A DNA stretch of 64,000 nt from Eledone cirrhosa (taxonomy: Eukaryota). The stretch spans positions 209,436,001 to 209,500,000 of the forward strand of contig OZ024743.1 in the NCBI GenBank assembly GCA_964016885.1, written 5' to 3'. Of the stretch, positions 1-15,179 are shown piece by piece (the first letter of the stretch is position 1; each line of letters begins with the position of its first letter). The position numbers were made by a program, and so were the translations under genes. The notes under the pieces were generated by a model. The model made no database searches. It saw only the letters and a program-made list of their open reading frames with translations, and was not told where the DNA came from.

Positions 1-960
1 CCACCCTATGGCCACAGATGAAAGCTCTTCACTCTATAAGATATACCACAGTTTACCATGCTATAGCCACACATGAAAGCTCTTCACTCCATAAGATATA
101 CAACAGTTTACCATCCTATAGACACGCCACAGATGAATGCTCTTCACTCCATAAGATATACCACACTTTACCATCCTATAGCCACAGATGAAAGCTCATT
201 ACTCCATAAGATATACCACAGTTTACCATCCTATAGCCACAGATGAAAGCTGTTCACTCCATAAGATATACCACAGTTTACCATCCTATAGCCACAGATG
301 AAAGCTGTTCACTACATAAGATATACCACAGTTTACCATCCTATAGCCACACATGAAAGCTCTTCACTCCATAAGATATACCACAATTTACCATCCTATA
401 GCCACAGATGAAAGCTGTTCACTCCATAAGATATACGACAGTTTACCATCCTATAGCCACAGATGAAAGCTGTTCACTCCATAAGATATACCACAGTTTA
501 CCATCCTATAGACACGCCACGGATGAAAGCTCTTCACTCCATAAGATATACCACAGTTTACAATCCTATAGCCACAGATGAAAGCTGTTCACTCCATAAG
601 ATATACCACAGTTTACCATCCTATAGCCAGATGAAAGCTCTTCACTCCATAAGATATACCACAGTTTACCATCCTATAGCCACAGATGAAAGCTCTTAAC
701 TCCATAAGATATACCACAGTTTACCATCCTATAGCCACAGATGAAAGCTCTTCACGCCATAAGATATACCACAGTTTACCATCCTATAGCCACAGATGAA
801 AGCTCTTCACTCCATAAGATAAACCACAGTTTACCATCCTATAGCCACACATGAGAGCTCTTCACTCCATAAGATATACCACAGTTTACCATCCTGTGGC
901 CACACATGAAAGCTCTTCACTCCATCAGATATACCACAGTTTACCATCCTATAGCCACAC

Positions 961-3120
961 ATGAAAGCTCTTCACTCCATAAGATATACCACAGTTTCCC
1001 ATCCGATAGCCACAAATGAAAGCTCTTCACTCCATCAGATATACCACAGTTTACCATCCTATAGCCAGATGAAAGCACTTCACTCCATAAGTTATACCAC
1101 AGTTTACCATCCTATAGCCACGCATGAAAGCTCTTCACTCCATAAGATATACCACAGTTTACCATCCTATAGCCACACATGAAAGCTCTTCACTCCATAA
1201 AATATACCACAGTTTCCCATCCTATAGCCACAGATGAAAGCTCTTCACTGCATAACATATACTACAGTTTACCATCCTATAGCTACACATGAGAGCTCTT
1301 CACTCCATAAGATATACCACAGTTTACCATCCTATAGCCAGATGAAAGCTCTTCACTCCATAAGATATACCTCAGTTTACCATCCTATAGCCACACATGA
1401 AAGCTATTCACTCCATAAGATATACCACAGTTTCCCATCCTATAGCCACAAATGAAAGCTCTTCACTCCATAAGATATATCACAGTTTACCATCCGATAG
1501 CCACACATGAAAGCTCTTCACTCCATAAGATATACCACAGTTTACCATCCTATAGCCACAAATGAAAGCTCTTCACTCCATAAGATATACCACAGTTTAC
1601 CATCCTATAGCCAGATGAAAGCTCTTCACTCCATAAGATATACCACAGTTTACCATCCTATGGCCACGCATGAAAGCTCTTCACTCTATAAGATATACCA
1701 CAGATTACCATCCTATAGCCACACATGAAAGCTCTTCACTCCATAAGATATACCACAGTTTACCATCCTATGACCACAGATGAATGCTCTTCAATCCATA
1801 AGATATACCACAGTTTACCACCCTATGGCCACAGATGAAAGCTCTTCACTCCATAAATTATACCACAGTTTACCATCCTATAGCCACACATGAAAGCTCT
1901 TCACTCCATAAGATATACCACAGTTTACCATCCTATAGCCACGCCACGGATGAAAGCTCTTCACTCCATAAGATATACCACAGTTTACCATCCTATAGTC
2001 ACACATGAAAGCTCTTCACTCCATAAGATATAACACAGTTTAGCATCCTATAGCCAGATGAAATCTCTTCACTCCATAAGATATACCACAGTTTACCATC
2101 CTATAGCCACAGATGAAAGCTCTTTACTCCATAAGATATACCACAGTTTACCATCCTATAGCCACAGATGAAAGCTGTTCACTCCATAAGATATACCACA
2201 GTTTACCATCCTATACCCACACATGAAAGCTCTTCACTCCATAAGATATACCACCATTTTCCATCCTATAGCCACAGATGAAAGCTGTTCACTCCATAAG
2301 ATATACGACAGTTTACCATCCTATAGCCACAGATGAAAGCTGTTCACTCCATAAGATATACCACAGTTTACCATCCTATAGCCAGATGAAAGCTCTTCAC
2401 TCCATAAGATATACCACAGTTTACCATCCTATAGCCACAGATGAAAGCTGTTCAGTCCATAAGATATACCACAGTTTACCATCCTATAGCCACGCCACGG
2501 ATGAAAGCTCTTCACTCCATAAGATATACCACAGTTTACCATCCTATAGCCACAGATGAAAGCTGTTCACTCCATAAGATATACGACAGTTTACCATCCT
2601 ATAGCCAGATGAAAGCTCTTCACTCCATAAGATATACCACAGTTTACCATCCTATAGCCACAGATGAAAGCTCTTCACTCCATAAGATATACCACAGTTT
2701 ACCATCCTATAGCCACAGATGAAAGCTCTTCACTCCATAAGATATACCTCAGTTTACCATCCTATAGCCACACATGAGAGCTCTTCACTCCATAACATAT
2801 ACCACAGTTTACCATCCTATAGCCACACATGAAAGCTCTTCACGCCATAAGATATACCACAGTTTACCATCCTATAGCCACAGATGAAAGCTCTTCACTC
2901 CATAAGATAAACCACAGTTTACCATCCTATAGCCACACATGAGAGCTCTTCACTCCATAAGATATACCACAGTTTACCATCCTGTGGCCACACATGAAAG
3001 CTCTTCACCCCATAAGATATACCACAGTTTACCATCCTATAGCCAGATGAAAGCTCTTCACTCCGTAAAATATACCACAGTGTACCATCCTGTAGCCACA
3101 CATGAGAGCTCTTCACTCCA
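961..3120 (+). repeat. Higher-order block family A, copy 1 (about 2.1 kb; also at about 5770-7800 and 9213-11430)
   Basis: Same ordered rare variants (ctgcataacatatactac, ccataaattatacc, gtttagcatc, gttcagtcc, atacccac). ORF-track starts 1234/1507/2278/2441 recur at 6077/6350/7121/7284 (+4843) and 9541/9814/10585/10748 (+8307). Confidence 0.9.
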
Positions 3121-5769
3121 TAAGATATACCACAGTTTACAATCCTATGACCACACATGAAAGCTCTTCACTCCATAATATATTCCACAGTTTACCATCC
3201 TATAGTCTTACATGAGAGCTCTTCACTCCATAAGATATACCACTGTTTACCATCCTATGGCCACACATGAAAGCTCTTCACTCCATAAGATATACCACAG
3301 TTTACTATCCTATAGCCAGATGAAAGCTCTTCACTCCATAAGATATACCACAGTTTACCGTCCTATAGCCACGCCACGGATGAAAGCACTTCATTCCATA
3401 AGATATACCACAGTTTACAATCCTATAGCCACACATGAAAGCTCTTCACTCCATAAGATATACCACAGTTTACCATCCTATAGCCACACATGAAAGCTCT
3501 TCATTCCATAAGATATACCACAGTATACCATCCTATAGCCACACCACGGATGAAAGCTCTTCACTCCATAAGATATACCACAGTTTACAATCCTATAGCC
3601 ACAGATTAAAGCTCTTCACTCGATAAGATATACCACAGTTTACCATCCTATTGCCACACATGAAAGCTCTTCACTCCATAAGATATACCACAGTTTACCA
3701 TCCTATAGGCACACATGAAAGCTCTTCACTCCATAAGATATAGCACAGTTTACCATCCTATAGCCAGATGAGTGCTCTTCACTCCATAAGATATACTCAG
3801 TTTACCATCCTATAGCCACACATGAAAGCTCTTCATGCCATAAGATATACCTCAGTTTACCATTCTATAGCCACAGATGAAAGCTCTTCACTCCATAAGA
3901 TATACCACAGTTTACCATCCTATAGCCACACATGAGAGCTCTTCACTCCATAAGATATACCACAGTTTACCATCCTATAGCCAGATGAAAGCTCTTCACT
4001 CCATAAAATATACCACAGTTTACCATCCTATAGCCACACATGAAAGCTCTTCACTCCATAAGATATACCACAGTTTACCATCCTATAGCCACACATGAGA
4101 GATCTTCACTCCATAAGATATACCACAGTTTACCATCCTATAGCCACACATGAAAGCTCTTCACTCCATAAGATATACCACAGTTTACGATCCTATAGCC
4201 ACAGATGAAAGCTCTTCACTCCATAACATATACCACAGTTTACCATCCTATAGCCACACATGAGAGCTCTTCACCTCATAAGATATACCACAGTTTACCA
4301 TCCTATAGCCAGATGAAAGCTCTTCACTCCGTAAAATATACCACAGTTTACCATCCTGTAGCCACACATGAGAGATCTTCACTCCATAAGATATACCACA
4401 GTTTACCATCCTATAGCCACACATGAGAGCTCTTCACTCCATAAGATATACCACTGTTTACCATCCTATGGCCACACATGATAGGTCTTCACTCCATAAG
4501 ATATACCACAGTTTACAATCCTATGGCCACACATGAAAGCTCTTCACTCCATAATATATTCCACAGTTTACCATCCTATAGCCTTACGTGAGAGCTCTTC
4601 ACTCCATAAGATATACCACAGTTTACAATCCTATAGCCACACATGAAAGCTCTTCACTCCATAAGATATACCACAGTTTACCATCCTATAGCCACACATG
4701 AAAGCTCTTCACTCCATAAGATATACCACAGTTTACCATCCAATAGCCACGCCACGGATGAAAGCTCTTCACTCCATGAGATATACCACAGTTTACAATC
4801 CTATAGCCACAGATGAAAGCTCTACACTCCATAAGATATACCACAGTTTACCATCCTATAGCCAGATGAAAGCTCTTCACTCCATAAGATATACCTCAGT
4901 TTACCATCCTATAGCCACACATGAAAGCTCTACACTCCATAAGATATATAACAGTTTACCATCCTATAGCCACACATGAAAGCTCTTCACTCCATAAGAT
5001 ATACCACAGTTTACCATCCTATAGCCACACAAGAAAGCTATTCACTCCATAAGATATACCACAGTTTACCATCATATAGCCACAAATGAAAGCTCTTCAC
5101 TCCATAAGATATACCACAGTTTACCATCCGATAGCCACACATGAAAGCTCTTCACTCCATCAGATATACCACAGTTTACCATCCTATAGCCACACATGAA
5201 AGCTCTTCTCTCCATAAGATATACCACAGTTTACCATCATATATCCACAAATGAAAGCTCTTCACTCCATCAGATATACCACAGTTTACCATCCTATAGC
5301 CAGATGAAAGCTCTTCACTCCATAAGATATACCACAGTTTACCATCCTATAGCCACACATGAAAGCTCTTCACTCCATAAGATATACCACAGTTTACCAT
5401 CCTATGACCACAGATGAATGCTCTTCACTCCATAAGATATACCAGAGTTTACCACCCTATGGCCACAGATGAAAGCTCTTCACTCTATAAGATATACCAC
5501 AGTTTACCATGCTATAGCCACACATGAAAGCTCTTCACTCCATAAGATATACAACAGTTTACCATCCTATAGACACGCCACAGATGAATGCTCTTCACTC
5601 CATAAGATATACCACACTTTACCATCCTATAGCCACAGATGAAAGCTCATTACTCCATAAGATATACCACAGTTTACCATCCTATAGCCACAGATGAAAG
5701 CTGTTCACTCCATAAGATATACCACAGTTTACCATCCTATAGCCACAGATGAAAGCTGTTCACTCCATA

Positions 5770-8700
5770 AGATATACCACAGTTTCCCATCCGATAGCCA
5801 CAAATGAAAGCTCTTCACTCCATCAGATATACCACAGTTTACCATCCTATAGCCAGATGAAAGCACTTCACTCCATAAGTTATACCACAGTTTACCATCC
5901 TATAGCCACGCATGAAAGCTCTTCACTCCATAAGATATACCACAGTTTACCATCCTATAGCCACACATGAAAGCCCTTCACTCCATAAGATATACCGCAG
6001 TTTACCATCCTATAGCCACACATGAAAGCTCTTCACTCCATAAAATATACCACAGTTTCCCATCCTATAGCCACAGATGAAAGCTCTTCACTGCATAACA
6101 TATACTACAGTTTACCATCCTATAGCTACACATGAGAGCTCTTCACTCCATAAGATATACCACAGTTTACCATCCTATAGCCAGATGAAAGCTCTTCACT
6201 CCATAAGATATACCTCAGTTTACCATCCTATAGCCACACATGAAAGCTATTCACTCCATAAGATATACCACAGTTTCCCATCCTATAGCCACAAATGAAA
6301 GCTCTTCACTCCATAAGATATATCACAGTTTACCATCCGATAGCCACACATGAAAGCTCTTCACTCCATAAGATATACCACAGTTTACCATCCTATAGCC
6401 ACAAATGAAAGCTCTTCACTCCATAAGATATACCACAGTTTACCATCCTATAGCCAGATGAAAGCTCTTCACTCCATAAGATATACCACAGTTTACCATC
6501 CTATGGCCACGCATGAAAGCTCTTCACTCTATAAGATATACCACAGATTACCATCCTATAGCCACACATGAAAGCTCTTCACTCCATAAGATATACCACA
6601 GTTTACCATCCTATGACCACAGATGAATGCTCTTCAATCCATAAGATATACCACAGTTTACCACCCTATGGCCACAGATGAAAGCTCTTCACTCCATAAA
6701 TTATACCACAGTTTACCATCCTATAGCCACACATGAAAGCTCTTCACTCCATAAGATATACCACAGTTTACCATCCTATAGCCACGCCACGGATGAAAGC
6801 TCTTCACTCCATAAGATATACCACAGTTTACCATCCTATAGTCACACATGAAAGCTCTTCACTCCATAAGATATAACACAGTTTAGCATCCTATAGCCAG
6901 ATGAAATCTCTTCACTCCATAAGATATACCACAGTTTACCATCCTATAGCCACAGATGAAAGCTCTTTACTCCATAAGATATACCACAGTTTACCATCCT
7001 ATAGCCACAGATGAAAGCTGTTCACTCCATAAGATATACCACAGTTTACCATCCTATACCCACACATGAAAGCTCTTCACTCCATAAGATATACCACAAT
7101 TTTCCATCCTATAGCCACAGATGAAAGCTGTTCACTCCATAAGATATACGACAGTTTACCATCCTATAGCCACAGATGAAAGCTGTTCACTCCATAAGAT
7201 ATACCACAGTTTACCATCCTATAGCCAGATGAAAGCTCTTCACTCCATAAGATATACCACAGTTTACCATCCTATAGCCACAGATGAAAGCTGTTCAGTC
7301 CATAAGATATACCACAGTTTACCATCCTATAGCCACGCCACGGATGAAAGCTCTTCACTCCATAAGATATACCACAGTTTACCATCCTATAGCCACAGAT
7401 GAAAGCTGTTCACTCCATAAGATATACGACAGTTTACCATCCTATAGCCAGATGAAAGCTCTTCACTCCATAAGATATACCACAGTTTACCATCCTATAG
7501 CCACACATGAAAGCTCTTCACGCCATAAGATATACCACAGTTTACCATCCTATAGCCACAGATGAAAGCTCTTCACTCCATAAGATAAACCACAGTTTAC
7601 CATCCTATAGCCACACATGAGAGCTCTTCACTCCATAAGATATACCACAGTTTACCATCCTGTGGCCACACATGAAAGCTCTTCACCCCATAAGATATAC
7701 CACAGTTTACCATCCTATAGCCAGATGAAAGCTCTTCACTCCGTAAAATATACCACAGTGTACCATCCTGTAGCCACACATGAGAGCTCTTCACTCCATA
7801 AGATATACCACAGTTTACCATCCTATAGCCACAGATGAGAGCTCTTCACTCCATAAGATATAGCACAGTTTACCATCCTATAGGAACACATGTAGCTCTT
7901 CACTCCATAAGATATAGCACAGTTTACCATCCTATAGCCAGATGAATGCTCTTCACTCCGTAAAATATACCACAGTGTACCATCCTGTAGCCACACATGA
8001 GAGCTCTTCACTCCATAAGATATACCACAGTTTACCATCCTATAGCCACAGATGAGAGCTCTTCACTCCATAAGATATACCACAGTTTACAATCCTATGG
8101 CCACACATGAAAGCTCATCACTCCATAATATATTCCACAGTTTACCATCCTATAGCCTTACATGAGAGCTCTTCACTCCATAAGATATACCACTGTTTAC
8201 CATCCTATGGCCACACATGAAAGCTCTTCACTCCATAAGATATACCACAGTTTACCATCCTATAGCCAGATGAAAGCTCTTCACTCCATAAGATATACCA
8301 CAGTTTACCATCCTATAGCCATGCCACGGATGAAAGCACTTCATTCCATAAGATATACCACAGTTTACAATCCTATAGCCACACATGAAAGCTCTTCACT
8401 CCATAAGATATACCACAGTTTACCATCCTATAGCCACACCTGAAAGCTCTTCACTCCATAAGATATACCACAGTTTACCATCCTATAGCCACGCCACAGA
8501 TGAAAGCTCTTCACTCCATAAGATATACCACAGTTTACAATCCTATAGCCACAGATGAAAGCTCTTCACTCCATAAGATATACCAGAGTTTACCATCCTA
8601 TTGCCACACATGAAAGCTCTTCACTCCATAAGATATAGCACAGTTTACCATCCTATTGGCACACATGAAAGCTCTTCACTCCATAAGATATAGCACAGTT

Positions 8701-11700
8701 TACCATCCTATAGCCAGATGAATGCTCTTCACTCCATAAGATATACGACAGTTTACCATCCTATAGCCACATATGAAATCTCTTCACTCCATAAGATATA
8801 CCACAGTTTACCATCCTATAGCCACACTTGAGAGCTCTTCACTCCATAAGATATACCACTGTTTACCATCCTATGGCCACACATGAAAGCTCTTCACTCC
8901 ATAAGATATACCACAGTTTACAATCCTATGGCCACACATGAAAGCTCTTCACTCCATAATATATTCCACAGTTTACCATCCTATAGCCTTACGTGAGAGC
9001 TCTTCACTCCATAAGATATACCACTGTTTACCATCCTATGGCCACACATGAAAGCTCTTCACTCCATAAGATATACCACAGTTTACCATCCTATAGCCAC
9101 ACATGAGAGCTCTTCACTCCATAAGATATACCACAGTTTACCATCCTGTGGCCACACATGAAAGCTCTTCACTCCATCAGATATACCACAGTTTACCATC
9201 CTATAGCCACACATGAAAGCTCTTCACTCCATAAGATATACCACAGTTTCCCATCCGATAGCCACAAATGAAAGCTCTTCACTCCATCAGATATACCACA
9301 GTTTACCATCCTATAGCCAGATGAAAGCACTTCACTCCATAAGTTATACCACAGTTTACCATCCTATAGCCACGCATGAAAGCTCTTCACTCCATAAGAT
9401 ATACCACAGTTTACCATCCTATAGCCACACATGAAAGCCCTTCACTCCATAAGATATACCGCAGTTTACCATCCTATAGCCACACATGAAAGCTCTTCAC
9501 TCCATAAAATATACCACAGTTTCCCATCCTATAGCCACAGATGAAAGCTCTTCACTGCATAACATATACTACAGTTTACCATCCTATAGCTACACATGAG
9601 AGCTCTTCACTCCATAAGATATACCACAGTTTACCATCCTATAGCCAGATGAAAGCTCTTCACTCCATAAGATATACCTCAGTTTACCATCCTATAGCCA
9701 CACATGAAAGCTATTCACTCCATAAGATATACCACAGTTTCCCATCCTATAGCCACAAATGAAAGCTCTTCACTCCATAAGATATATCACAGTTTACCAT
9801 CCGATAGCCACACATGAAAGCTCTTCACTCCATAAGATATACCACAGTTTACCATCCTATAGCCACAAATGAAAGCTCTTCACTCCATAAGATATACCAC
9901 AGTTTACCATCCTATAGCCAGATGAAAGCTCTTCACTCCATAAGATATACCACAGTTTACCATCCTATGGCCACGCATGAAAGCTCTTCACTCTATAAGA
10001 TATACCACAGATTACCATCCTATAGCCACACATGAAAGCTCTTCACTCCATAAGATATACCACAGTTTACCATCCTATGACCACAGATGAATGCTCTTCA
10101 ATCCATAAGATATACCACAGTTTACCACCCTATGGCCACAGATGAAAGCTCTTCACTCCATAAATTATACCACAGTTTACCATCCTATAGCCACACATGA
10201 AAGCTCTTCACTCCATAAGATATACCACAGTTTACCATCCTATAGCCACGCCACGGATGAAAGCTCTTCACTCCATAAGATATACCACAGTTTACCATCC
10301 TATAGTCACACATGAAAGCTCTTCACTCCATAAGATATAACACAGTTTAGCATCCTATAGCCAGATGAAATCTCTTCACTCCATAAGATATACCACAGTT
10401 TACCATCCTATAGCCACAGATGAAAGCTCTTTACTCCATAAGATATACCACAGTTTACCATCCTATAGCCACAGATGAAAGCTGTTCACTCCATAAGATA
10501 TACCACAGTTTACCATCCTATACCCACACATGAAAGCTCTTCACTCCATAAGATATACCACAATTTTCCATCCTATAGCCACAGATGAAAGCTGTTCACT
10601 CCATAAGATATACCACAGTTTACCATCCTATAGCCACAGATGAAAGCTGTTCACTCCATAAGATATACCACAGTTTACCATCCTATAGCCAGATGAAAGC
10701 TCTTCACTCCATAAGATATACCACAGTTTACCATCCTATAGCCACAGATGAAAGCTGTTCAGTCCATAAGATATACCACAGTTTACCATCCTATAGCCAC
10801 GCCACGGATGAAAGCTCTTCACTCCATAAGATATACCACAGTTTACCATCCTATAACCACAGATGAAAGCTGTTCACTCCATAAGATATACGACAGTTTA
10901 CCATCCTATAGCCAGATGAAAGCTCTTCACTCCATAAGATATACCACAGTTTACCATCCTATAGCCACAGATGAAAGCTCTTCACTCCATAAGATATACC
11001 ACAGTTTACCATCCTATAGCCACAGATGAAAGCTCTTCACTCCATAAGATATACCTCAGTTTACCATCCTATAGCCACACATGAGAGCTCTTCACTCCAT
11101 AACATATACCACAGTTTACCATCCTATAGCCACACATGAAAGCTCTTCACGCCATAAGATATACCACAGTTTACCATCCTATAGCCACAGATGAAAGCTC
11201 TTCACTCCATAAGATAAACCACAGTTTACCATCCTATAGCCACACATGAGAGCTCTTCACTCCATAAGATATACCACAGTTTAAAATCCTGTGGCCACAC
11301 ATGAAAGCTCTTCACCCCATAAGATATACCACAGTTTACCATCCTATAGCCAGATGAAAGCTCTTCACTCCGTAAAATATACCACAGTGTACCATCCTGT
11401 AGCCACACATGAGAGCTCTTCACTCCATAAGATATACCACAGTTTACCATCCTATAGCCACAGATGAGAGCTCTTCACTCCATAAGATATAGCACAGTTT
11501 ACCATCCTATAGGAACACATGTAGCTCTTCACTCCATAAGATATAGCACAGTTTACCATCCTATAGCCAGATGAATGCTCTTCACTCCGTAAAATATACC
11601 ACAGTGTACCATCCTGTAGCCACACATGAGAGCTCTTCACTCCATAAGATATACCACAGTTTACCATCCTATAGCCACAGATGAGAGCTCTTCACTCCAT

Positions 11701-12720
11701 AAGATATACCACAGTTTACAATCCTATGGCCACACATGAAAGCTCATCACTCCATAATATATTCCACAGTTTACCATCCTATAGCCTTACATGAGAGCTC
11801 TTCACTCCATAAGATATACCACTGTTTACCATCCTATGGCCACACATGAAAGCTCTTCACTCCATAAGATATACCACAGTTTACCATCCTATAGCCAGAT
11901 GAAAGCTCTTCACTCCATAAGATATACCACAGTTTACCATCCTATAGCCATGCCACGGATGAAAGCACTTCATTCCATAAGATATACCACAGTTTACAAT
12001 CCTATAGCCACACATGAAAGCTCTTCACTCCATAAGATATACCACAGTTTACCATCCTATAGCCACACCTGAAAGCTCTTCACTCCATAAGATATACCAC
12101 AGTTTACCATCCTATAGCCACGCCACAGATGAAAGCTCTTCACTCCATAAGATATACCACAGTTTACAATCCTATAGCCACAGATGAAAGTTCTTCACTC
12201 CATAAGATATACCAGAGTTTACCATCCTATTGCCACACATGAAAGCTCTTCACTCCATAAGATATAGCACAGTTTACCATCCTATTGGCACACATGAAAG
12301 CTCTTCACTCCATAAGATATAGCACAGTTTACCATCCTATAGCCAGATGAATGCTCTTCACTCCATAAGATATACGACAGTTTACCATCCTATAGCCACA
12401 TATGAAATCTCTTCACTCCATAAGATATACCACAGTTTACCATCCTATAGCCACACATGAGAGCTCTTCACTCCATAAGATATACCACTGTTTACCATCC
12501 TATGGCCACACATGAAAGCTCTTCACTCCATAAGATATACCACAGTTTACAATCCTATGGCCACACATGAAAGCTCTTCACTCCATAATATATTCCACAG
12601 TTTACCATCCTATAGCCTTACGTGAGAGCTCTTCACTCCATAAGATATACCACTGTTTACCATCCTATGGCCACACATGAAAGCTCTTCACTCCATAAGA
12701 TATACCACAGTTTACCATCC
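5770..12720 (+). repeat. Near-tandem duplication of an about 3.3-3.5 kb block (about 5770-9090 and 9213-12720)
   Basis: Offset is +3464 in the first part (6077->9541, 7121->10585) and +3629 after a 165-bp indel (7597->11226, 8162->11791). Shared private variants include taggaacacatgtagctc (7881 and 11510), gccatgccacgg and gccacacctgaa. Confidence 0.9.
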
Positions 12721-15179
12721 TATAGCCGGATGAAAGCTCTTCACTCCATAAGATATACCACAGTTTACCATCCTATAGCCACGCCACGGATGAAAGCACT
12801 TCATTCCATAAGATATACCACAGTTTACAATCCTATAGCCACACATGAAAGCTCTTCACTCCATAAGATATACCACAGTTTACCATCCTATAGCCACACA
12901 TGAAAGCTCTTCACTCCATAAGATATACCACAGTTTACCATCCTATAGCCACGCCACGGATGAAAGCTCTTCACTCCATGAGATATACCACAGTTTACAA
13001 TCCTATAGCCACAGATGAAAGCTCTACACTCCATAAGATATACCACAGTTTACCATCCTATAGCCAGATGAAAGCTCTTCACTCCATAAGATATACCTCA
13101 GTTTACCATCCTATAGCCACACATGAGAGCTCTTCACTCCATAAGATATACCACAGTTTACCATCTTATAGCCACACATGAAAGCTCTACACTCCATAAG
13201 ATATATAACAGTTTACCATCCTATAGCCACACATGAAAGCTCTTCACTCCATAAGATATACCACAGTTTACCATCCTATAGCCACACATGAAAGCTATTC
13301 ACTCCATAAGATATACCACAGTTTACCATGCTATAGCCACAAATGAAAGCTCTTCACTCCATAAGATATACTACAGTTTACCATCCGATAGCCACACATG
13401 AAAGCTCTTCACTCCATCAGATATACCACAGTTTACCATCCTATAGCCACAGATGAAAGCTCTTCACTCCATAAGATATACCACAGTTTACCATCCTATA
13501 GCCACACATGAAAGCTCTTCTCTCCATAAGATATACCACAGTTTACCATCCTATATCCACAAATGAAAGCTCTTCACTCCATAAGATATACCACAGTTTA
13601 CCATCCTATAGCCAGATGAAAGCTCTTCACTCCATAAGATATACCACAGTTTACCATCCTATGGCCACGCATGAAAGCTCTTCACTCCATAAGATATACC
13701 ACAGTTTACCATCCTATAGCCACACATGAAAGCTCTTCACTCCATAAGATATACCACAGATTACCATCCTATGACCACAGATGAATGCTCTTCACTCCAT
13801 AAGATAAACCACAGTTTACCACCCTATGGCCACAGATGAAAGCTCTTCACTCCATAAGATATACCACAGTTTACCATCCTATAGCCACACATGAAAGCTC
13901 TTCACTCCATAAGATATACCACAGTTTACCATCCTATAGCCACGCCACGGATGAAAGCTCTTCACTCCATAAGATATACCACAGTTTACCATCCTATAGC
14001 CACGGATGAAAGCTCTTCACTCCATACGATATACCACAGTTTACCATCCTATAGCCACACATGAAAGCTCTTCACTCCATAAGATATACCACACTTTACC
14101 ATCCTATAGCCACAGATGAAAGCTCTTTACTCCATAAGATATACCACAGTTTACCATCATATAGCCACAGATGAAAGCTCTTCACTCCATAAGATATAGC
14201 ACAGTTTACCATCCTATAGCCACGCCACGGATGAAAGCTCTTCACTCCATAAGATATACCACAGTTTACCATCCTATAGCCACGGATGAAAGCTCTTCAC
14301 TCCATACGATATACCACAGTTTACCATCCTATAGCCACACATGAAAGCTCTTCACTCCATAAGATATAACACACTTTACCATCCTATAGCTAGATGAAAG
14401 CTCTTCACTCCATAAGATATACCACAGTTTACCATCCTATAGCCACGCTACGGATGAAAGCTCTTGACTCCATAAGATATACCACAGTTTACCATCCTAT
14501 AGCCACAGATGAAAGCTGTTCACTCCATAAGATATACGACAGTTTACCATCCTATAGCCAGATGAAAGCTCTTCACTCCATAAGATATACCACAGTTTAC
14601 CATCCTATAGCCACAGATGAAAGCTCTTCACTCCATAAGATATACCACAGTTTACCATCCTATAGCCACAGATGAAAGCTCTTCACTCCATAAGATATAC
14701 CTCAGTTTACCATCCTATAGCCACATATGAGAGCTCTTCACTCCATAAGATATACCACAGTTTACCATCCTATAGCCACAGATGAAAGCTCTTCACTCCA
14801 TAAGATAAATCACAGTTTACCATCCTATAGCCACACATGAGAGCTCTTCACTACATAAGATATACCACAGTTTACCATCCTATAGCCAGATGAAAGCTCT
14901 TCACTCCGTAAAATATACCACAGTGTACCATCCTGTAGCCACACATGAGAGCTCTTCACTCCATAAGATATACCACAGTTTACAATCGTATGGCCACACA
15001 TGAAAGCTCTTCACTCCATAATATATTCCACAGTTTACCATCCTATAGCCTTACATGAGAGCTCTTCACTCCATAAGATATACCACTGTTTACCATCCTA
15101 TGGCCACACATGAAAGCTCTTCACTCCATAAGATATACCACAGTTTACCATCCTATAGCCAGATGAAAGCTCTTCACTC

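Noticed and set aside
961-975. GAA...TTC as a heat-shock element, and TATA-like words as promoters
   Set aside because: The spacing is GAA-N5-TTC, not the nGAAnnTTCn pattern. GATATAC and CTATAG do not match TATAWAW, and there is no downstream gene.
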